64,000 nucleotides of DNA from Gammaproteobacteria bacterium. GTDB lineage: Bacteria > Pseudomonadota > Gammaproteobacteria > SZUA-152. Where the stretch lies: the NCBI GenBank assembly GCA_013152545.1, contig JAADGF010000105.1:27950-91949 (forward strand), given 5' to 3'. The position numbers and the translations under genes were made by a program. Below are positions 1-11,222 of this stretch, in pieces (the first letter of the stretch is position 1; every line of letters starts with the position of its first letter). Under the pieces are notes generated by a model. The model was given only the letters and a program-made list of their open reading frames with translations. It was not told where the DNA came from and did no database searches.

Positions 1-908
1 CGCGGATTCATTTCAATAACAATCATGCGGCCATCATCCGGGTTAATCGCAAACTGCACATTGGAACCGCCCGTGTCCACGCCAATTTCACGCAATACTG
101 CCAACGATGCATCGCGCATGATTTGGTATTCTTTGTCGGTCAGGGTTTGTGCGGGTGCGACAGTAATTGAATCACCTGTGTGCACGCCCATTGGATCAAG
201 GTTTTCAATGGAACAGATAATAATGCAGTTATCTTTGCGGTCCCGCACCACTTCCATTTCAAACTCTTTCCAACCTAGCGCAGACTCTTCGATGAGCAAC
301 TCATTGGTTGGGGAAAGATCCAGACCACGCTGGCATATTTCTCCAAATTCCTCTTTGTTATAAGCAATGCCACCACCACTACCCCCCATGGTGAAAGAGG
401 GCCGGATAATAGAAGGATACCCTATTTGGGCCTGAACCTGGTACGCTTCCTCCATGCTATGAGCAACAGCAGAACGAGGTGTTTTCAAGCCAATGGCATG
501 CATGGCCTGACGAAAACGCTCCCGATCTTCAGCTTTGTCGATGGCATCCCGTGTGGCACCAATCATTTCCACATTATAGTGCTCTAAAATACCTTCGCGC
601 GCTAAATCAAGGGCACAATTTAACGCTGTTTGTCCACCCATGGTAGGTAAAAGTGCATCAGGACGCTCTTTTTCAATAATTTTAGCGACCACATCCCAAT
701 AAATAGGTTCGATATAGGTTGCGTCTGCCAATCCCGGATCCGTCATTATCGTGGCAGGATTAGAGTTGACTAAAATGACTCGATAGCCTTCCTCTTTAAG
801 GGCCTTACAGGCTTGTGCGCCGGAATAATCAAACTCACAAGCCTGGCCTATAATGATTGGGCCTGCACCGATAATAAGAATACTGTTTATGTCATTACGT
901 TTTGGCAT
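1..908 (-). CDS. carB: carbamoyl-phosphate synthase large subunit, N-terminal part (runs off window start)
   Basis: Minus-strand translation from the ATG at 908..906 gives [58 protein letters not shown]..., near-identical to the enterobacterial CarB N-terminus. The track ORF 25..363(+) is antisense noise inside it. Confidence 0.95.
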   Translation of the reverse strand, partial: MPKRNDINSILIIGAGPIIIGQACEFDYSGAQACKALKEEGYRVILVNSNPATIMTDPGLADATYIEPIYWDVVAKIIEKERPDALLPTMGGQTALNCALDLAREGILEHYNVEMIGATRDAIDKAEDRERFRQAMHAIGLKTPRSAVAHSMEEAYQVQAQIGYPSIIRPSFTMGGSGGGIAYNKEEFGEICQRGLDLSPTNELLIEESALGWKEFEMEVVRDRKDNCIIICSIENLDPMGVHTGDSITVAPAQTLTDKEYQIMRDASLAVLREIGVDTGGSNVQFAINPDDGRMIVIEMNP

Positions 909-945
909 GGCGGCTTTTTTTTAATAGGTTGCTTAATTTGTAACC

Positions 946-1105
946 GCTCAACCTGCCTTTGATTTGCCCAATCACTGCATTAAAATCTGCATCAAAAGTG
1001 CTCATTTGCATCGAGTAAATCACCGCGCTTCTTTCTTATTCTCGAGCAAATCAAAGGCAATCTGAACAGTTGACTGAGCACTCAAAATCAGGCTCAGTAA
1101 TTACA
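946..1105 (+). repeat. family-1 intergenic repeat, copy A (~160 bp) in the carA-carB spacer
   Basis: Shares gctcaacctgcctttgatttg...aaaagtgctcatt...caaatcaaaggcaatctga...ggctcagtaattaca with 7741..7896, 26666..26826 and 40646..40806. The 5' cctttgatttgc pairs with gcaaatcaaagg about 75 nt downstream. Confidence 0.75.
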
Positions 1106-1363
1106 CTTACTCTTATAATTTTGCTTTTATAATTTTGAATACTGAATACTGAGCACCCCAAATTGAATCCAACATCGCTATCCGACAATCGCGACCATCA
1201 TGAGAAAACGCTATCGATCTCTTTGTTCTCCAGATACCAGGAGCCTGTCCGATGATCTGTTGACCGTTTCATTTTTGTCACCGTTGCACTTGCTTAGACG
1301 GAAAAGACGCCCCAACAGCGATAAAAATGAAACGTCAACAGACCCAGTGTATTCCTAAACATT

Positions 1364-2503
1364 TTAAGCGTTCTGCATTAACGCAATAAAACGATCAAAC
1401 AAAGAAGAAACATCGCGAGGGCCTGGACTGGCCTCCGGATGTCCCTGAAAACCAAATGCGGGACAGTCCCGGTGTGTGATTCCCTGCAATGAACCATCAA
1501 ATAAGGAACGATGGGTTGGCTTAAGGTGCCCAGGCAAACTGGATTCATCCACCGCAAAACCGTGATTTTGGCTGGTAATCATAACCGCATTGGTTGTTAA
1601 ATCCTGAACGGGGTGATTGGCACCGTGATGGCCAAATTTCATTTTACTGGAACGAGCACCGCTGGCCAACCCTAACAGTTGGTGCCCCAGACAAATACCA
1701 AACAAGGGCATTTTTTGATCTAATAACACGTTAATCGCCGCTAACGCATACTCACACGGAGCTGGGTCGCCCGGACCATTCGACAAAAACACGCCATCCG
1801 GCGACATCGCAAACACCTCCTCAACGGCTGTCTGCGCAGGAACCACGGTAACATGACAACCCCGATCCACTAAAATGCGTAATATGTTTCGTTTTACGCC
1901 AAAATCATAAACAACGACCTTGTAATTGTCGTTGGTATCGGTCATTGGTGCCCTCTGGCCTTCTTCCCCCGGTGCCAGCCACATACCTTCCTGCCATCGA
2001 TAAGGTTTTACCGTAGTGACAACTTTGGCGAGATCCATGCCTTTCAACCCAGGGTAGGCTTTGGCCACTTGCAGCGCCGTTGATTCGTCAAGATCCTCCC
2101 CTGCCATTATGCAACCATTCTGCACACCTTTTTCACGCAGCAGACGCGTCAATTGGCGGGTATCGATACCAGCAATGGCAACAACGGATTTCTGTTTCAG
2201 GTAAGCATCCAGTGATTGTTGGCTACGCCAGCTACTGGCTATACAGGGAAGGTCACGGATCACCAATCCGCTTGCCCAAACGTCACTGGATTCTTCGTCT
2301 TCGGTATTAGTGCCCACATTACCAATATGGGGGTAAGTTAGCGTAACAATTTGCTGGCAATAGGATGGGTCGGTCAAAATTTCCTGATAGCCCGTAATCG
2401 CGGTATTAAAAACCACTTCGCCCACTGCCTGCCCATCAACACCGATGGACTCTCCCCGTAAAACAGTGCCATCTTCAAGGGCTAATATCGCCGGTTTCCT
2501 CAA
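1364..2503 (-). CDS. carA: carbamoyl-phosphate synthase small (glutamine amidotransferase) subunit
   Basis: 379 aa, [21 protein letters not shown]...; contains the GATase catalytic-Cys motif GICLGHQLL. Confidence 0.95.
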   Translation of the reverse strand: MRKPAILALEDGTVLRGESIGVDGQAVGEVVFNTAITGYQEILTDPSYCQQIVTLTYPHIGNVGTNTEDEESSDVWASGLVIRDLPCIASSWRSQQSLDAYLKQKSVVAIAGIDTRQLTRLLREKGVQNGCIMAGEDLDESTALQVAKAYPGLKGMDLAKVVTTVKPYRWQEGMWLAPGEEGQRAPMTDTNDNYKVVVYDFGVKRNILRILVDRGCHVTVVPAQTAVEEVFAMSPDGVFLSNGPGDPAPCEYALAAINVLLDQKMPLFGICLGHQLLGLASGARSSKMKFGHHGANHPVQDLTTNAVMITSQNHGFAVDESSLPGHLKPTHRSLFDGSLQGITHRDCPAFGFQGHPEASPGPRDVSSLFDRFIALMQNA

Positions 2504-2783
2504 CTAAACCTCCCCTTTTATTTACCTTTTCAGTATTTACATACTTTTTAATACGATGGCAAGGTGGTTTTAGCACCAAACGGCGCCAAAATTTGTCATT
2601 CACACATACAAAGCGGGAGAGACGTATTACGCCTCTCCCGCTTAATTTTCACTCATCGCACATGGAGCGATTTTACTGTAGAAGGTGACAAGGTGTCTAC
2701 GGTCGCGCATCAAATAATAGCCAGTTTGTATGCGCAGGTAATGGAGTTGGTGGAAAATGCAGGTTAATCATCGGGGCACACCG

Positions 2784-3677
<894 letters not shown>

Positions 3678-4217
3678 TCACCAGCTTATGTAGGCATAAC
3701 CTTGTTCTTGCAACACCATCAAATCCGCCGCACCCACATCGACTATTTTTACAGAATCCCGTATGTTTTTTTTCGACCAACCTAATGCTTTCAGGGTATT
3801 ACCACAGGCATGAAATTCCACACCATATTGCAATAAACTGGTAACACGTTCGCGAACGTCATTATTTACCGGACGCCCAGGCTTTTTTGCCAAAATATGA
3901 ATACCCGGCCCGATACCAACAACGACAATATGAATATTATCACCATAGTACCGCAGCATAGCCCCCACGGAAGATAGGACCGCGTTATGGTAAGTGTTAT
4001 CCGCTCTATTAAATTGATAAACAACATTATGATCGGTCGGATCGCCAGGGAATCGCAGTTCATCATCACTGGCATCTCTCACAGGCACTGCATCGGCAGC
4101 CTCTACCCCCTTGGAACGGGCGAACACCAAACCGCTGCCAGCTAATAAACCACCTAACCATCTGCGTCGAGTATGATCAGAAGGGGCATTGAAGAGTTTA
4201 GGTAGTTTCAGTCTCAA
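3678..4217 (-). CDS. Tat-signal periplasmic protein, DsrE/DsrF-like family (putative)
   Basis: 179 aa; twin-arginine motif TRRRWLGGLLAGSGLVFA followed by a domain resembling the DsrE/YchN fold. Only a TTG start is available and the Shine-Dalgarno is weak. Confidence 0.6.
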   Translation of the reverse strand: MRLKLPKLFNAPSDHTRRRWLGGLLAGSGLVFARSKGVEAADAVPVRDASDDELRFPGDPTDHNVVYQFNRADNTYHNAVLSSVGAMLRYYGDNIHIVVVGIGPGIHILAKKPGRPVNNDVRERVTSLLQYGVEFHACGNTLKALGWSKKNIRDSVKIVDVGAADLMVLQEQGYAYISW

Positions 4218-4340
4218 TTTGCTTCATTTTTAACCTATGGTCGACTACAATAGCGAGTCCAATAACGAATTCATTGTAACCTCATCTACCACTATACTCG
4301 TGACGAACGTTACGCGATAAATGTAAAATATTTAACAATA

Positions 4341-5465
4341 TCAAGATTTTAAGTCATCAAAAAATTTCTTTACGCCATTCAGCCAGGAACTCTCCTTGGG
4401 CCGGTGTTTGATATGACTGTTTATGGTTGATTCAAAGTCATGCAATAGTTCTTTTTGCTTGGAACTGAGATTCACGGGAGTTTCCACCACTACTCGGCAC
4501 ATCAAATCCCCCACGGCTCCACCCCTAATGGGTTTTACACCCTTACCCCGCAAGCGAAATAATTTTCCGGTTTGTGTCTCCGCCGGCACTTTAAGTTTAA
4601 CGCGCCCTTCCAGGGTAGGCACATCCAATTCCCCTCCCAGAGTCGCCGTAACAAAACTAATCGGCACTTCACAAAATAAATCGCTTTCATCACGCTCAAA
4701 AATAGGGTGAGGTTTGACTGAAATTTGCACATACAAATCCCCTGGTACCGAATCCCGTTCACCAGCTTCACCCTCGCCGCTCAAACGTATGCGATCGCCA
4801 TTATCGACACCCGCTGGCACTTTAACCGATAACGTTTTTTGCTCTTGCACACGACCCTGACCGTGACATTTGGGACAAGGATCAGAAATAGATTTACCTG
4901 CACCTCGACAAGTGGGGCACGTCTGTTGCAACGAGAAAAAACCCTGCTGCATACGCACTTGACCAATGCCATTGCAAGTGGAACACGTCGTTGCTGATGT
5001 ACCTTTGCGGGCACCGCTGCCCTTACAAGTATTACATTCGACGGCTGTTGGCACTCGTATTTTTACAGTGGTTCCTTGTACGGCCTCTTCCAAGGACAAA
5101 TCGAGATTATAGCGTAAATCCGCACCACGCCTGGCACGAGAACCACCACCACTTCGCGCACCGCCGCCAAAAATATCGCCAAACACATCGCCAAAAATAT
5201 CACTAAAGCTGCCACTTCCAGCACCATGCCCAGCACTACCCTCTACGCCAGCATGGCCAAACTGGTCATATGCCGCACGTTTTTGTGCATCGGATAACAC
5301 TTCATAGGCTTCTTTGGCTTCTTTGAATTTATTTTCAGCATCATTATCATCCGGATTACGATCGGGATGAAACTTCATTGCCAAACGTTTGAAGGTTTTT
5401 TTTAATTCCGCCTCGCTGGCGTTTTTGTTAACACCCAGTATTTCGTAATAATCGCGTTTAGACAT
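4341..5465 (-). CDS. dnaJ: chaperone DnaJ
   Basis: J-domain with HPD, G/F-rich linker and four CxxCxGxG zinc-finger repeats. Confidence 0.97.
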   Translation of the reverse strand: MSKRDYYEILGVNKNASEAELKKTFKRLAMKFHPDRNPDDNDAENKFKEAKEAYEVLSDAQKRAAYDQFGHAGVEGSAGHGAGSGSFSDIFGDVFGDIFGGGARSGGGSRARRGADLRYNLDLSLEEAVQGTTVKIRVPTAVECNTCKGSGARKGTSATTCSTCNGIGQVRMQQGFFSLQQTCPTCRGAGKSISDPCPKCHGQGRVQEQKTLSVKVPAGVDNGDRIRLSGEGEAGERDSVPGDLYVQISVKPHPIFERDESDLFCEVPISFVTATLGGELDVPTLEGRVKLKVPAETQTGKLFRLRGKGVKPIRGGAVGDLMCRVVVETPVNLSSKQKELLHDFESTINSHIKHRPKESSWLNGVKKFFDDLKS

Positions 5466-5731
5466 AAGATATCAGTTTACTCGTTCGTCCATTCAAATCT
5501 GGTACTCTATTCCTGCTACTCTATTCGAGCTACAGTTTTCAGCGCTATGATCCGTGGCTGTAAATTCAAACACCCAATTCAAAAGTGCGATACACCAATC
5601 CACATCCTGGATTAATGCATCAACACGGGATCAGCTTATGCACTGACCCCGCACAATACATTACAACCCAACGAAGCAATCACAATTTATCATGCAGTAT
5701 TTTCAAAGAGGTATTATTAGTTTGATAGCGA

Positions 5732-7657
5732 TTATTTAGTATCGTCTTTTACTTCTTCAAACTCTGCATCCACTACATCTTCACCCGCTTTTGCCTCTGC
5801 TTCCGGCGCAGCATCGCCAGCCGCTTCTTGACCCTGTGATTTTTGTTGGTAAGCACGTTCAGCAATCTTACCGGAAGCCTCGGCAAGCACCTTGGTTTTT
5901 TCTTCGATGACATCCTTGTTATCACCTTTCATTACATCTTCAAGCGCGGTGATTGCCGTCTCAATATTCGACTTTTCATCGGCACTGACTTGATCACCTA
6001 AATCGGCGATGGATTTTTTAGTCCCGTGAATCAGATTATCGGCCTGGTTTCGAGCAGTAACCAATTCGTGAAATTTTTTATCCTCTTCGGCATGCGCCTC
6101 TGCATCAGTCACCATTTTCTGAATTTCGCCATCAGACAAGCCACTTGATGCCTTAACCACGATGGATTGCTCTTTGCCTGTGGCTTTGTCTTTGGCAGAT
6201 ACATTGAGAATACCGTTAGCGTCAATATCAAATGCCACCTCAATTTGTGGCATACCCCGAGGTGCAGGTGGAATATCCGACAAATCAAACCGGCCAAGTG
6301 ATTTATTGGCGGAAGCCATTTCTCGCTCGCCCTGCAAAACATGCACAGTAACCGCCGTTTGGTTGTCATCTGCCGTTGAAAACACCTGCTGCGCCTTGGT
6401 AGGAATAGTGGTGTTTTTCTCAATCAACTTAGTCATCACTCCACCCATGGTTTCAATTCCCAAGGATAACGGAGTAACATCTAACAGCAATACATCTTTA
6501 ACTTCACCACCTAATACCCCTGCCTGAATAGCCGCACCAACGGCAACGGCTTCATCCGGGTTAACGTCTTTGCGCGCCTCTTTGCCAAAAAAATCACGTA
6601 CCGCTTCCTGCACTTTAGGCATGCGGGATTGACCACCAACCAAGATCACATCACTGATTTCACTGGCTTTTAAACCTGCATCCTGTAACGCAACCTTACA
6701 AGGCTCCATGGTTCGAGTAATTAACTCCTCCACCATCGACTCCAGTTTTGCCCGAGTCATTTTAATGTTCAAATGCTTGGGTCCAGAGGCATCCGCCGTG
6801 ATATAAGGAAGATTAATATCGGTTTGCTGTGATGAAGACAGCTCGATCTTCGCCTTCTCAGCAGCTTCTTTCAAACGCTGTAATGCAAGTGGGTCATTGC
6901 GCAAGTCGATGCCTTGTTCCTTTTTAAACTCATCCACTAAGTAATCAATGAGCCGTTGATCGAAATCCTCACCACCCAGAAAGGTATCACCATTGGTGGA
7001 GAGCACTTCAATTTGGTGTTCACCATCAATATCTGCAATTTCGATAATGGAAACATCAAACGTACCCCCACCAAGATCGTAAACTGCAATTTTCCGGTCA
7101 CCTTCACTTTTATCCAGGCCAAATGCTAAAGCCGCAGCAGTTGGTTCATTAATAATGCGCTTTACATCCAAACCCGCTATACGGCCTGCATCTTTAGTAG
7201 CTTGGCGTTGTGAATCATTAAAATAAGCAGGCACGGTAATAACGGCATCGGAAACAGTTTCACCCAAATAGTCTTCAGCGGTCTTTTTCATTTTCATTAG
7301 CACTCGCGCTGCAATTTCAGGCGGAGCCAGTTTATTGCCATTCGCCTCAACCCAGGCATCACCATTGTCAGCCGCTAATATTTTATAGGGAACCAGATCG
7401 ATGTCCTTTTGCACCTCAGCATCGGTGAATCGACGCCCGATCAGCCTTTTTACCGCGAAAAGTGTATTAGTGGGATTGGTCACAGCTTGACGCTTTGCCG
7501 AAGCACCAACCAATACTTCATCCTCATTGGTAAAAGCTACAACTGATGGTGTGGTACGATCGCCTTCGCTGTTTTCAATGACCCGCGGTTTACCGCCTTC
7601 CATAACAGCGACACAGGAGTTTGTTGTACCTAAATCAATTCCGATTATTTTACCCAT
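5732..7657 (-). CDS. dnaK: chaperone DnaK (Hsp70)
   Basis: 641 aa, [18 protein letters not shown]...; full-length Hsp70. Confidence 0.98.
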   Translation of the reverse strand: MGKIIGIDLGTTNSCVAVMEGGKPRVIENSEGDRTTPSVVAFTNEDEVLVGASAKRQAVTNPTNTLFAVKRLIGRRFTDAEVQKDIDLVPYKILAADNGDAWVEANGNKLAPPEIAARVLMKMKKTAEDYLGETVSDAVITVPAYFNDSQRQATKDAGRIAGLDVKRIINEPTAAALAFGLDKSEGDRKIAVYDLGGGTFDVSIIEIADIDGEHQIEVLSTNGDTFLGGEDFDQRLIDYLVDEFKKEQGIDLRNDPLALQRLKEAAEKAKIELSSSQQTDINLPYITADASGPKHLNIKMTRAKLESMVEELITRTMEPCKVALQDAGLKASEISDVILVGGQSRMPKVQEAVRDFFGKEARKDVNPDEAVAVGAAIQAGVLGGEVKDVLLLDVTPLSLGIETMGGVMTKLIEKNTTIPTKAQQVFSTADDNQTAVTVHVLQGEREMASANKSLGRFDLSDIPPAPRGMPQIEVAFDIDANGILNVSAKDKATGKEQSIVVKASSGLSDGEIQKMVTDAEAHAEEDKKFHELVTARNQADNLIHGTKKSIADLGDQVSADEKSNIETAITALEDVMKGDNKDVIEEKTKVLAEASGKIAERAYQQKSQGQEAAGDAAPEAEAKAGEDVVDAEFEEVKDDTK

Positions 7658-7740
7658 GTTTCCTGGTCTCCAATCTTTTAGTTTCTATCGGTGGTTTTCT
7701 ATCAACGATCATTTAATAATATTTCGTTACTACGTAGGTA

Positions 7741-7896
7741 GCTTAACCTTTGATTTGACCAACTACAGCATCAACACGCTGATTTTACACGGATAAACTC
7801 CGTATTTTTTCTTTTGCTCAACAAACCAAAAAAGCAGCAATCAAAGGTAACCTAAGCCGTTACTCTTACTCGTTCAAAAACTACATTAAGTGTTAC
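7741..7896 (+). repeat. family-1 intergenic repeat, copy C, in the dnaK 5' leader
   Basis: gcttaacctttgatttgacc...cagcatcaacacgctgatttt...caatcaaaggtaacctaagccgttact...tgttac aligns with copies A, B and D. Confidence 0.65.
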
Positions 7897-7965
7897 TTTC
7901 CCAAATCTTCATTACAAATTTCTGTCTCTTGACGTTGCTTCCAACAGCGTTGTCTCTTCATCATA

Positions 7966-7993
7966 ACGTAGGGGCATTAGGTGTATTTTCAAG
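7966..7993 (-). promoter_or_regulatory. candidate sigma-32 promoter for dnaK
   Basis: On the minus strand, CTTGAAA (7993..7987), a 12-nt spacer, then CCCCTACGT (7974..7966) approximates CTTGAAA-N13-15-CCCCATnT. It overlaps the grpE stop. The spacing is short, so this is tentative. Confidence 0.3.
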
Positions 7994-8762
7994 CTTGTTC
8001 ATCAATGTTATTGCCGATAACGGCATCGTTCTCATAGACACCTTGCTCCGCATTTGAGGCATTATTTTTATTGTCGGTCGACTGTTCCCCCCCCGTCTTC
8101 GACACCACAACCATGGCAGGTCTCGCCAACCGACCATGCAGCAGGTATCCCTTTTGCATCACCGCTAAAACCGTGTTAGGTTTATGCTCATTGCTTTCCT
8201 GCATCGACATAGCCTGGTGAAACTCAGGATCAAATATTTCTCCCACAGGATTTGTAACCTGTACGCCAAATTTTTGCACACAGTCAAAAAACAATTTAAG
8301 TGTTAACTCCGTGCCTTCCTTAAGCTTTTCTATATCCGCATTTTCAGAATTCGCCGCGATTAGTCCCATTTCCAGGCTATCGATAACTGGCAATAATTCC
8401 TGTACAAATTTTTCTACCGCGTATTTGTGTGCATTCTCAACATCCCGTTCCGCCCGGCGACGCACATTATCCAATTCAGCCCTGGCACGTAACAAATCAT
8501 TCCAATGCTTCTCCGCAGTTTCTTCTGCTTTTAGCAGATTTGCACTGAGAACCTCCACATCTGTGTCAGTCGCCAAGTTGTCATCTGTCTTACCGGACAA
8601 AGTATCATCTTCGACTAAGTTATCTTTCGAAAAAACATCATTAATCCCATCATTGGCATCTGTTAAGTCGTTTTTCATCTCTTGCTGCTCATTTAACGTT
8701 GTTTCAGAACCGGATACTGGGTTTTCATTGTTTTTTGTCAACGTGCTGTCGTCACTCACCAT
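7989..8762 (-). CDS. grpE: nucleotide exchange factor GrpE (with long acidic N-terminal extension and C-terminal tail)
   Basis: The core ...HWNDLLRARAELDNVRRRAERDVENAHKYAVEKF... is GrpE. About 70 N-terminal residues are low-complexity and an internal Met may be the true start. Confidence 0.85.
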   Translation of the reverse strand: MVSDDSTLTKNNENPVSGSETTLNEQQEMKNDLTDANDGINDVFSKDNLVEDDTLSGKTDDNLATDTDVEVLSANLLKAEETAEKHWNDLLRARAELDNVRRRAERDVENAHKYAVEKFVQELLPVIDSLEMGLIAANSENADIEKLKEGTELTLKLFFDCVQKFGVQVTNPVGEIFDPEFHQAMSMQESNEHKPNTVLAVMQKGYLLHGRLARPAMVVVSKTGGEQSTDNKNNASNAEQGVYENDAVIGNNIDEQA

Positions 8763-8892
8763 TGATTACCTCCATGAACATTACTGACCAAAAACCGTCA
8801 GCCAAAATCAGCAGGGTAAAACATTGAATTCGCGGCCTACTCAAAACTCACCACTAAACCTGCGGTTAACCAGTTAATTTAATTTATTTTTT

Positions 8893-8920
8893 TTGACACC
8901 CTACCGTTGGCTTGTAATAT
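8893..8920 (+). promoter_or_regulatory. near-consensus sigma-70 promoter (TTGACA, 16-nt spacer, TAATAT) in the grpE-hrcA spacer, reading toward hrcA
   Basis: TTGACA 8893..8898 and TAATAT 8915..8920 with TG just upstream of the -10. There is no ORF downstream; a weak hairpin plus T-run lies at about 9067..9100. Confidence 0.3.
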
Positions 8921-9382
8921 ACCTTTCACAAACAGGCATGCCTCGGAAAACAACGTGCATTAAACCTAACACATCAGCTGAATCTACTGCGAACGCCTAT
9001 CACACAGAATCTAAAAGACTTTTACCTTCAGCGCTTTCGTTACGATTCAACTGATTTATTGTAGATTGAAGCAACTCGCTGATGTGTTGCTGTGCTTTTC
9101 AATATAACCCGATTCAATGCAACGTGACCCAACATACAGAGTGCATCGTCGATCCATCCTCAGTTAGAAAGCCGCTTATATCGCACTCTTTATTCGGAAA
9201 ACCTGCCCGCGATGGGTATATAAGGGCAGATTTCAAAGAATCAAGCAAAAGACAGGTACTTTTTTCGTAGAATTAAAATCCCGTGATGCTTAGACTGCAC
9301 CTATGCCAGCAGTGCAATGTCCTCCTGGAAGAAAACTTGCACGTTTATAAGTACACTGATAAGCCTTGCAACTCAACAAAAC

Positions 9383-10426
9383 TTAAATCCGCGCCTTTAA
9401 TACCGTCCCCAATATTTTTGCCGTCACATCAACAATGGGAATCACCCGGTCATAAGCCATCCGGGTGGGACCAATGATGCCTAACGCACCAATAACACTG
9501 GTACCATCACTATAAGTAGCTGTCACGACACTGCACTCGTCAAGCACTTCATAACCGGATTCATTACCGATAAAAATCTGGATACCCGGTGCCTGCAAAG
9601 ACTCATTCAATAGTTGCAAAATACTTCGTTTCTCGTTAAATGCTTCAAAAAGTTGTTGTAAGCGCTTAACATCCGCAATTTCTTCATAATTCATTAGATT
9701 GGTTTGGCCCGCCAACACAAAATCGTGTTGCGCAGTATCCTCTTTGAATATTTTTTGTGCCATTTCAATCGCATTGAGCATTATCCGGTCCATGCTCTCC
9801 CGCGCGTCCTTCATCTGCGTTAACAGGGATTCCCGTACTTGATTCGCTTCTTTGCCAACTAATTCGTTATTAAGACAATTAGAGATATTTTCCAATTCGT
9901 GCTGAGAGTAATTACGATCGGTATAAATAATCCGGTTTTGAACATCACCCTGATTAAACACCAGAATCGCCAAGACTCGCCGGTCTGAAAGTGGTAAAAA
10001 CTCAATATGGCGAATACTGGACTGCTCACGATCTGGCAACATCACTACACCCGCCATTTTGGTTAACCCGGACAAAATGGAAGATGCAGATTCCACTAAT
10101 AATTGCGTATCTGCTTCAGCATCCAACTGCTCCTTGAGTTGTTCGACCTGTAGCGACTTCATGGGCTGCATGGTTAATAAGTTATCAATAAACACACGAT
10201 AGCCTTTTACCGTCGGAATACGGCCCGAAGACGTATGAGGTGACTTAACGAGCCCTAAACGTTCCAGATCAGCAATAACATTGCGAACGGTGGCTGAACT
10301 AAGCTCCAAACTGGATTCACGAGCTAACGTCGTGGAACCCACCGGCTGACCCTCACGAATATAATATTCCACCAGTGTTTTGAATAACTGCTGCGCTCGT
10401 TGATTTAATATCGTTTTATCTACCAC
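9383..10426 (-). CDS. hrcA: heat-inducible transcription repressor HrcA
   Basis: 347 aa with GTG start; HTH N-terminus LVEYYIREGQPVGSTTLARES and HrcA C-domain. Confidence 0.93.
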   Translation of the reverse strand: MVDKTILNQRAQQLFKTLVEYYIREGQPVGSTTLARESSLELSSATVRNVIADLERLGLVKSPHTSSGRIPTVKGYRVFIDNLLTMQPMKSLQVEQLKEQLDAEADTQLLVESASSILSGLTKMAGVVMLPDREQSSIRHIEFLPLSDRRVLAILVFNQGDVQNRIIYTDRNYSQHELENISNCLNNELVGKEANQVRESLLTQMKDARESMDRIMLNAIEMAQKIFKEDTAQHDFVLAGQTNLMNYEEIADVKRLQQLFEAFNEKRSILQLLNESLQAPGIQIFIGNESGYEVLDECSVVTATYSDGTSVIGALGIIGPTRMAYDRVIPIVDVTAKILGTVLKARI

Positions 10427-10521
10427 AAGCTTCCAAATTTTACCCTATTCATTAAAATCAACCGAAACGCACGCTATTGCGTAACCCATAAGACAAAAAT
10501 AGATACCGCCAAACTCCTATT

Positions 10522-10682
10522 TAAGTAGGTGAGCATAATTATTTTAACAAACAATCGCAGGATATTTTATGGCCTTCAAGACGCTGCGAAGATGAGCATC
10601 GTGAGCTATGTGATCGTAGCAGCAACGCAGAAGGCCGGAAAATAGACAAAAAAATGTTAAAATAATTATGCTCACCTACTTA
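10522..10682. repeat. 28-bp perfect inverted repeat (taagtaggtgagcataattattttaaca) flanking a 105-bp core
   Basis: Left arm 10522..10549 is the exact reverse complement of right arm 10655..10682. The core carries two ATGA-coupled mini-ORFs (MAFKTLRR, then MSIVSYVIVAATQKAGK) behind an AGGA Shine-Dalgarno. Confidence 0.8.
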
Positions 10683-11222
10683 TAATCGGGTCTGTTAAAA
10701 CATCATAAAGCATTCCCATCTTACCAAACGCGCACTCACTGATTTTTTAATCGTCCTACAGGTAATGGATCGAGCATACGACCTAAACACCAAACCCAGT
10801 AATATCGCAACATTATAGGCGTTACCCAAGCCTTGTGAAGCAGTATTAAAGCCAATAAAAAGTTTATATCGAGCCGCTAAATGTTTTATGATATTGAATC
10901 TATTAACACTTTATTCAAAATCGTGCAAAAAGTAGAATAAAGAACCAGTACATCAGTCACAACAAGACTTGAGATTACATCGATATAGCAGTATTTTATG
11001 TATAGTTTATAAACAGAACGTATATTTACACGAGGAAATCGTATCCTTATCATCCTTAGAGTCGTTTATTATTTTCGCCAGATAATTTAGCGATTAAATC
11101 GATCAAACTCAATAAACAATACAATCATGTCGGCTTAAATAACACCACCTTGTGTCTACATTGAAATGCGTTTTAAATATACACCTAAACTTTGAGACAC
11201 TTTCTATAATTGGAATATAAAG

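Noticed and set aside
25-363. 112-aa + strand ORF at the window start
   Set aside because: It lies antisense inside the carB coding region, which has unmistakable CarB protein identity on the minus strand. It is a by-product of codon bias.
9383-10700. Search for CIRCE (TTAGCACTC-N9-GAGTGCTAA) operators near hrcA, grpE and dnaK
   Set aside because: No match with two or fewer mismatches per half-site was found in the hrcA, grpE or dnaK upstream regions. The long inverted repeat at 10522..10682 is unrelated to CIRCE in sequence.
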